Assembly: GCA_963933835.1 (NCBI GenBank)
Contig: CAWVVV010000001.1
Coordinates: forward strand, 352,001 to 416,000
Source: an uncultured Puniceicoccaceae bacterium
GTDB lineage: Bacteria > Verrucomicrobiota > Verrucomicrobiia > Opitutales > Oceanipulchritudinaceae
Direction of reading: 5' to 3'
Length of the DNA: 64,000 bases
This document shows positions 58,781 through 64,000 of the stretch, piece after piece. Positions within the stretch are counted from its first letter, which is position 1; every line of letters starts with the position of its first letter. The notes beneath the pieces are model-generated. The model ran no database searches. It was given only the letters and a program-made list of their open reading frames with translations, and had not been told where the DNA came from. A program made the position numbers and the translations under genes.

Positions 58781-60277
58781 TTATAAAATCTTCAGGTAGT
58801 CAGCGACGCCCTGCTTGCCGCCTTCGCGCCCGAAGCCACTGGATTTGTATCCACCGAACGGTGACGTCGGATCGAATTTGTTGTAGGTATTGGCCCATAC
58901 GACACCCGCTTTAAGCGCGGTGCTCATCTTGAGGATTTTTGAGCCCTTATCTGTCCAGACACCAGCAGAGAGACCGTAAGCCGTATTGTTCGCCTTTTCG
59001 ATCGCTTCACTGACGGTGCGGAAAGTGAGAACACTGAGAACAGGCCCAAAGATTTCTTCGCGGGCGACACGGTGACTTTGAGTGACACCGGTGAACAGTG
59101 TCGGGCGGAAAAACCAGCCCGTCTTTGGCAAGGCGCATGAGCTTTGATACATCTCGGCACCTTCCTTAACGCCCGATTTTACGAGTTCGGTGATTTTCTT
59201 AAACTGCTCTTCAGAATTAATCGCTCCGATGTCGGTGTTCTTATCGAGCGGATTCCCCACACGCAGCGTAGCGATGCGTTGCTTTAGCTTTTTGATGACT
59301 ACATCAGCAACCGACTCCTGCACTAGCAATCGACTACCCGCGCAGCAAACATGCCCTTGGTTGAAAAAGATCCCATTTATAATGCCTTCAACTGCTTGAT
59401 CCAGTGGGGCATCATCAAAGACGATATTGGCAGCCTTGCCGCCGAGTTCGAGGGTCAGCCCCTTACCTGTGCCAGCGACCGACCTCATAATCGCCTGACC
59501 AACCGCCGTAGATCCAGTGAAAGCGATCTTCTTCGCGGTCGGGTGGTTGGCGATCATCTCGCCTGTTGCACCGGCACCAGTGACGATATTGACGACGCCC
59601 GGAGGCAGGCCGGCATCGCGAAAGATTTCGGCCATCTTCAGCGCCGTGATCGAAGTCGTCTCCGCAGGCTTAAGAACCACGCAATTCCCAGTCGCCAACG
59701 CCGGGGCGATTTTCCACGCGAGCATGAGGAGCGGAAAGTTCCACGGGATGATCTGCCCAACCACACCATAGGGCTCGGTCTTCGCACCGGGCACAGCATA
59801 CTCGAGCTTGTCCGCCCAACCGGCGTAATAGAAAAAGTGGGCCGCAGCCATCGGCAGATCGAAATCGCGGGACTCCTTGATCGGCTTACCTCCATCCATC
59901 GTCTCCGCGACAGCGAGCTCGCGCGAACGATCCTGAATGAGTCGCGCGATACGGTAGAGGTATTTGCCGCGTTCTTTGCCCGACATGTCTCGCCAGACAG
60001 AGTGGTAGGCTTTGTCCGCGGCTTTGAAAGCAGCATCTATATCACTTTTCCCTGCGGCTGAAATCTTTGCCAGAACCTTACCTGTCGCAGGGTTGATCGA
60101 ATCAAAATACTTCCGGCTCTTCGGTGCAACGAATTGGCCGCCGATAAAGAGATCGTATTTATCTTTGATCGCTGGCTTAGCTGATTCCGGGGCTGGATCA
60201 AACTCCCAAAGGTCTCCGAAAAGAAGTTCAGGGGTAGCACGGCGGCGAGAAGATGAAGTTGTTTTTGTCTTAGCCAT
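58781..60277 (-). CDS. Aldehyde dehydrogenase
   Basis: IIPWNFP, LKPAE, FTGST, LELGGK, FNQGHVCCAGSR, EEIFGP, PFGGYKSSGFGRE. Confidence 0.95.
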   Translation of the reverse strand: MAKTKTTSSSRRRATPELLFGDLWEFDPAPESAKPAIKDKYDLFIGGQFVAPKSRKYFDSINPATGKVLAKISAAGKSDIDAAFKAADKAYHSVWRDMSGKERGKYLYRIARLIQDRSRELAVAETMDGGKPIKESRDFDLPMAAAHFFYYAGWADKLEYAVPGAKTEPYGVVGQIIPWNFPLLMLAWKIAPALATGNCVVLKPAETTSITALKMAEIFRDAGLPPGVVNIVTGAGATGEMIANHPTAKKIAFTGSTAVGQAIMRSVAGTGKGLTLELGGKAANIVFDDAPLDQAVEGIINGIFFNQGHVCCAGSRLLVQESVADVVIKKLKQRIATLRVGNPLDKNTDIGAINSEEQFKKITELVKSGVKEGAEMYQSSCALPKTGWFFRPTLFTGVTQSHRVAREEIFGPVLSVLTFRTVSEAIEKANNTAYGLSAGVWTDKGSKILKMSTALKAGVVWANTYNKFDPTSPFGGYKSSGFGREGGKQGVADYLKIL

Positions 60278-61221
60278 TAGTATCCAGAAGTTGCGTCACT
60301 AAAGTTCCACGGAGCTTGATAGACTCCAGTTTCCTGCTTGCGAAGCTGCATGAGTAAGTCGTTCAAAAGTGAACTCGCGCCAAATCGGTAGCGTGTATTG
60401 CTGAGCCACGCATCCCCCAGCGTCTCTTTCACTGCGACCAGAAACTGGAGCGCTTGTTTCGAATTTCGAATCCCACCGGCAGGCTTCATGCTAATCGAGG
60501 TGCCTGTATCCAAATAATGATCACGGATCGCTTCGAGCATGACCTGATTGTTAGCCAAGGTGGCATTGCCTGAAGTTTTTCCTGTGCTCGTCTTGATGAA
60601 GTCGCCCTCTCGAAGCACTTCCATCGCGAGGAAAGAAGCGAGGCGGATCTTGTCGTAGGTTTCGAGTTCACTCACTTCGAGAATCACCTTCAAAGTCGTT
60701 TCGCCACCCGCATCGCGGACAGCCTCTATCTCATCCTGAACCTTCTGATACTTGCCTTCATGGAAGAGCCCGCGACTGATCACCATGTCAATTTCGTCGG
60801 CACCGTCTTTCACGGCTTGCTTTACCTCAGCCAACCGCGTCCGCAGAGGTGTTTGACCAGAGGGGAAAGCTGTTGCCACCGAGGCGATATGAACCGCATG
60901 CCCCTCGCCGAGAAAGGCGCGAGCGGCTTTGACCATCGCGGGATAGACGCAAACCGCCGCCGTCGTGGGTGTATCAAAGGTCGAATCCGGACAAATCGCC
61001 TTGCGGCAGAGTGACTCGACTTTACCCGCCGTATCCATGCCCTCGAGCGTCGTCAGGTCGACCATTGAGACGGCCAGTTTGAGGCCCTGCACTTTGCTGG
61101 CTTTCTTAATACTGCGCGTGGTGTATTTCGCCACACGTTCCTCAATCGCCACTTTATCTACTGGACCATACGTATCGAGGAGCCTCCGCATGGATTTGGG
61201 CTTGGGTGCTGTAGGGGGCAT
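60277..61221 (-). CDS. deoC: Deoxyribose-phosphate aldolase
   Basis: VDLTTLEG, AAVCVYP, GADEIDMVI, LKVILE, DFIKTSTGK, KPAGGIR, RFGASSLL. Confidence 0.95.
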   Translation of the reverse strand: MPPTAPKPKSMRRLLDTYGPVDKVAIEERVAKYTTRSIKKASKVQGLKLAVSMVDLTTLEGMDTAGKVESLCRKAICPDSTFDTPTTAAVCVYPAMVKAARAFLGEGHAVHIASVATAFPSGQTPLRTRLAEVKQAVKDGADEIDMVISRGLFHEGKYQKVQDEIEAVRDAGGETTLKVILEVSELETYDKIRLASFLAMEVLREGDFIKTSTGKTSGNATLANNQVMLEAIRDHYLDTGTSISMKPAGGIRNSKQALQFLVAVKETLGDAWLSNTRYRFGASSLLNDLLMQLRKQETGVYQAPWNFSDATSGY

Positions 61222-61267
61222 GCGGAAAAAATCACACTATCCGGCGCCCATTACAATGCGTATGTTG

Positions 61268-61882
61268 CTAAACTAAACCCGCCTTAGCGGCGAAGGGATC
61301 CCAGGTAGGGTCGCGGTGTCAGTCATACTCGGCGGCCAGAGCGACCGCTTCGGCCTGCTCAGAACCAAACTTTTTCTCGATCAAGGTGAGCGTCATATCC
61401 ATTCCGGCAGAGACACCTGCCGAGGTTATGAATTTCCCATCCGCTACCCAGCGCGCTTGCGGAATCCACTCGGTCTTTGGCCCCTGACTACACGCTCACT
61501 CAAATGCCATCTTATTGGAGGTTGCCTGCTTGCCGTCGAGGGCCCCCGTTGCGGCAAGAATGCCTGCACCGGTACAGATAGAGGCCACCGTTGGCGTCCG
61601 CTCAATCACATCGGTGAGCAATGCCATTAAGGCATCCTCCTCTACAACCGATCGCGTGCCGATGCCTCCCGGTATCATCAAAACATCCACTGGGGGTAGC
61701 TCCGAAAGCGCAACCGTTGCCTCGACCCGTGTGCCAGCAATGCTTCGAACAAGCCCCCCCTCCGATGCCATCACCAAAACATCAATACGATCCCGTATGA
61801 TCGAGAACATCTCCAGCGGGCCAAAGACATCGAGCAGCTCGAAGCCATCAAATAGAAACATCGCGACGCTAATCTTTTTCAT
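61268..61882 (-). pseudogene. DJ-1/PfpI family protein with two in-frame TGA codons
   Basis: FELLDVFGPLE, IPGGIG, SICTGA; reading through TGA at 61496-98 and 61319-21 gives ARWVADGKFITSAGVSAGMDM...EYD*HRDPTWDPFA to TAG at 61268. Confidence 0.85.
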
Positions 61883-61904
61883 CGCTCGTGAGCTTTAGTC
61901 GCGA

Positions 61905-62948
61905 TCAGTCCAGCGTCCAGTTCGGATCGAAACCGAGCTGGTAATCTTCGCAGGTCTTCACCCCCGCAGGGTCCATCCAAGCGGCAAAAGCAATCATCGC
62001 AGCATTGTCCCCGGTGTGGTGCCGCTCGGCTAAATAGACAGGCATTTCGTGGGTTTCACCGAGCGCACTGATACCTTCGCGTAAGCGAGCGTTGTTGGCT
62101 ACCCCTCCGGAGAGGCCGAGGCTACGCCAGCGTCCAGGATTCCGCCGGATGATCTGCCGAGTCTTTCCAATCAGAGCACCCACGACCGCTTCTTCATAGC
62201 TAGCGCAGAGGTCAGGCATGGTTGCTTCCAGATCGGCGGGAGCAATTTTCTCGATCGTGTAGCGCAGCGCTGTTTTCAGACCTGAGAAGGAAAATTTGCG
62301 CTCGCCCGAATTCATAAATGCACGGGGAAAATCAAACCGATCGCGCGCGCCACCCGCGCCGAGCTTTTCGATCAGCGGGCCACCAGGATATGGCATGCCA
62401 AGAAGCTTTGCACCTTTATCGAGGGCCTCGCCGGCAGCGTCATCAACCGTTTCAGCGATGACCCTGAGCGAGCGGTCAGCATCGATTTCAAAGAGGATCG
62501 TATTCCCCCCCGAGACAATCAAGCCGAGGTGTGGGAGGGATCCTTCGAAATTTTGTTCAAACGCCTCCGGTGCCTCGCCATGCATCGAAATAAACGGCGA
62601 CCAGACATGCCCCCGAAGATGATTTACGCCAACGAGCGGGCGATCCCACGCAACGGCCAGCGCCTTTGCCAGAGCCATCCCGAGCGCTAGGCAGCCCGCC
62701 AACCCCGGCCCGGCAGTGACGGCTAAGCGATCAGGAACGTCATCACCGACTTGATCCAATACCGTGCTCAGCAAGCCTGGGAAGTGCGCCAGATGCTCGC
62801 GACTTGCGACATCCGGCACGATGCCTCCGAAGGGCTGGTGTTTGTCGATCTGCGAGTGGACCCATTCACCCCTCAGCCCCACTTTCGGGTCGAAGAGTGC
62901 TAAAGCAGATTCATCGCAGGAACTTTCGATCGCCAGCCACACGCTCAC
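61905..62948 (-). CDS. tsaD: tRNA N6-adenosine threonylcarbamoyltransferase
   Basis: [55 protein letters not shown]. Confidence 0.95.
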   Translation of the reverse strand: MSVWLAIESSCDESALALFDPKVGLRGEWVHSQIDKHQPFGGIVPDVASREHLAHFPGLLSTVLDQVGDDVPDRLAVTAGPGLAGCLALGMALAKALAVAWDRPLVGVNHLRGHVWSPFISMHGEAPEAFEQNFEGSLPHLGLIVSGGNTILFEIDADRSLRVIAETVDDAAGEALDKGAKLLGMPYPGGPLIEKLGAGGARDRFDFPRAFMNSGERKFSFSGLKTALRYTIEKIAPADLEATMPDLCASYEEAVVGALIGKTRQIIRRNPGRWRSLGLSGGVANNARLREGISALGETHEMPVYLAERHHTGDNAAMIAFAAWMDPAGVKTCEDYQLGFDPNWTLD

Positions 62949-63026
62949 AAGAGAGAGGGGAATTCAGCCTATGGAAATAAAAAAGACGCTTTCCCCACTC
63001 CGATCTATCGCCCTACTCTGTGTGTC

Positions 63027-63605
63027 ATGGCGAAGCTCTACTTCTACTACAGTGCAATGAACGCAGGGAAAACGACCGCACTTTTGCAGAGTGACTATAA
63101 TTACCGCGAGCGGGGCATGCACACTGTCCTCCTCACCCCCTCAATCGATGACCGCGAAACGATCGGTAAAATTCGCTCCCGGATCGGCTTAGAAGCGGAC
63201 GCCACACCCTACGACGCGCAGACCGACATGAAGGCCTTCGTCAAAACGACCCATGACTCCAAGCCCGTCGATTGCGTCCTCGTCGACGAGGCCCAGTTTC
63301 TGACCAAGCAGCAGGTCCTTGAGCTCACTGATCTCGCTGACTTTCACGATATCCCTGTCCTCTGCTACGGCCTGCGGACCGACTTTCGCGGCGAACTCTT
63401 CGAAGGGAGCAACTACCTGCTCGCATGGGCCGACGACATCAAAGAAATCAAGACGATGTGCCCTTCCGGTCGCAAAGCTACGATGGTTCTGCGCGTCGAC
63501 CAGGAGGGCAATGTCCTGCGCGAAGGCTCCCAAATCGAGATCGGCGGCAACGAACGTTATATCTCTGTCTCTCGCCGTTTCTTCAAAGAAGGACGCATAG
63601 AGTAA
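63027..63605 (+). CDS. tdk: Thymidine kinase
   Basis: [41 protein letters not shown]. Confidence 0.96.
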   Translation: MAKLYFYYSAMNAGKTTALLQSDYNYRERGMHTVLLTPSIDDRETIGKIRSRIGLEADATPYDAQTDMKAFVKTTHDSKPVDCVLVDEAQFLTKQQVLELTDLADFHDIPVLCYGLRTDFRGELFEGSNYLLAWADDIKEIKTMCPSGRKATMVLRVDQEGNVLREGSQIEIGGNERYISVSRRFFKEGRIE

Positions 63606-63684
63606 CTGTTTTGGAACCACAAAAGGCCCACAAAGCCTTCATGATTCCTAAGCCAACTTCTGCTCAGATCTGCATCGCGCGAGT

Positions 63685-63766
63685 ATCCGTGATTTTCCGT
63701 GTGCATCCGTGGTTAATTTAATCCCGAGCACGCGCACCATACATTATTCATCATTCACAATTCATC
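63685..63766 (+). repeat. Decamer element end (3 units) followed by a heptamer tract
   Basis: 63685-63716 atccgtgatt ttccgtgtgc atccgtggttaa; 63746-63766 attcatc attcaca attcatc. Confidence 0.8.
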
Positions 63767-63802
63767 CTTTCCCTTACTCACTCCCCCACCTAGCTTCCCA
63801 CC

Positions 63803-64000
63803 ATGCTCGAAAACCTGACTGATCGGCTCGGAAAAGCCCTCCGCAATCTCCGTGGAGTTGGCAAGCTGACTGAAGAAAACATGGCCGAAAGCCTGCAGGA
63901 AGTGCGTAAAGCGCTCCTCGCCGCCGACGTCCATTTTCGGGTCGCACGTGACTTCATCGAACGGGTCAAAACCGCCGCCGAAGGCCAAGACGTGCTCAAG
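63803..64000 (+). CDS. ffh: Signal recognition particle protein, 5' part (runs off the window; absent from the ORF track)
   Basis: Manual translation [56 protein letters not shown]. Confidence 0.92.
   Translation, partial: MLENLTDRLGKALRNLRGVGKLTEENMAESLQEVRKALLAADVHFRVARDFIERVKTAAEGQDVLK

Noticed and set aside
61268..61498. Genome-wide UGA=Trp code or selenocysteine
   Set aside because: TGA terminates many genes in this window (e.g. kinase, gpgS, holB) and the affected positions look like Trp, not Cys.

Overview
A moderately GC-rich bacterial chromosome segment. Gene content and protein style suggest Verrucomicrobiota (Opitutales/Puniceicoccaceae-like), but that is an inference. Housekeeping blocks include argA, an actP-like transporter, mpl, purD, erpA, Ser/Thr kinase-rpoN-tsaB-alr, korAB, gpsA, prc, fusA, hemE, tonB/exbBD, tmk-holB, deoC-ALDH, tsaD, tdk and ffh. 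Between them lie (i) a glucosylglycerate/mannosylglucosylglycerate compatible-solute cluster (22.4-29.5 kb) containing an M20-fold protein with an altered active site, plus a large uncharacterised GT-A-like protein nearby, and (ii) a patchy accessory region (29.5-43 kb) with many gene remnants, an orphan Pycsar-effector-like gene and a nirK-cytochrome c/nirV/SCO/nnrS module. The most notable unannotated structure is a 430-bp cassette: a GxxExxY PD-(D/E)XK nuclease gene bounded by 22-bp inverted repeats built from ATCCGTG(N3) decamers, inserted inside the deoC-ALDH-ALDH operon. Gene-less copies of the same repeat occur at three other intergenic sites, each followed by an ATTCATC heptamer tract. 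A separate array of eight REP-like palindromes lies at 51.8-52.2 kb. No rRNA, tRNA or CRISPR array was seen. Several frameshifts and abrupt truncations may be assembly artefacts. All family calls come from motif recognition by eye, not database searches.
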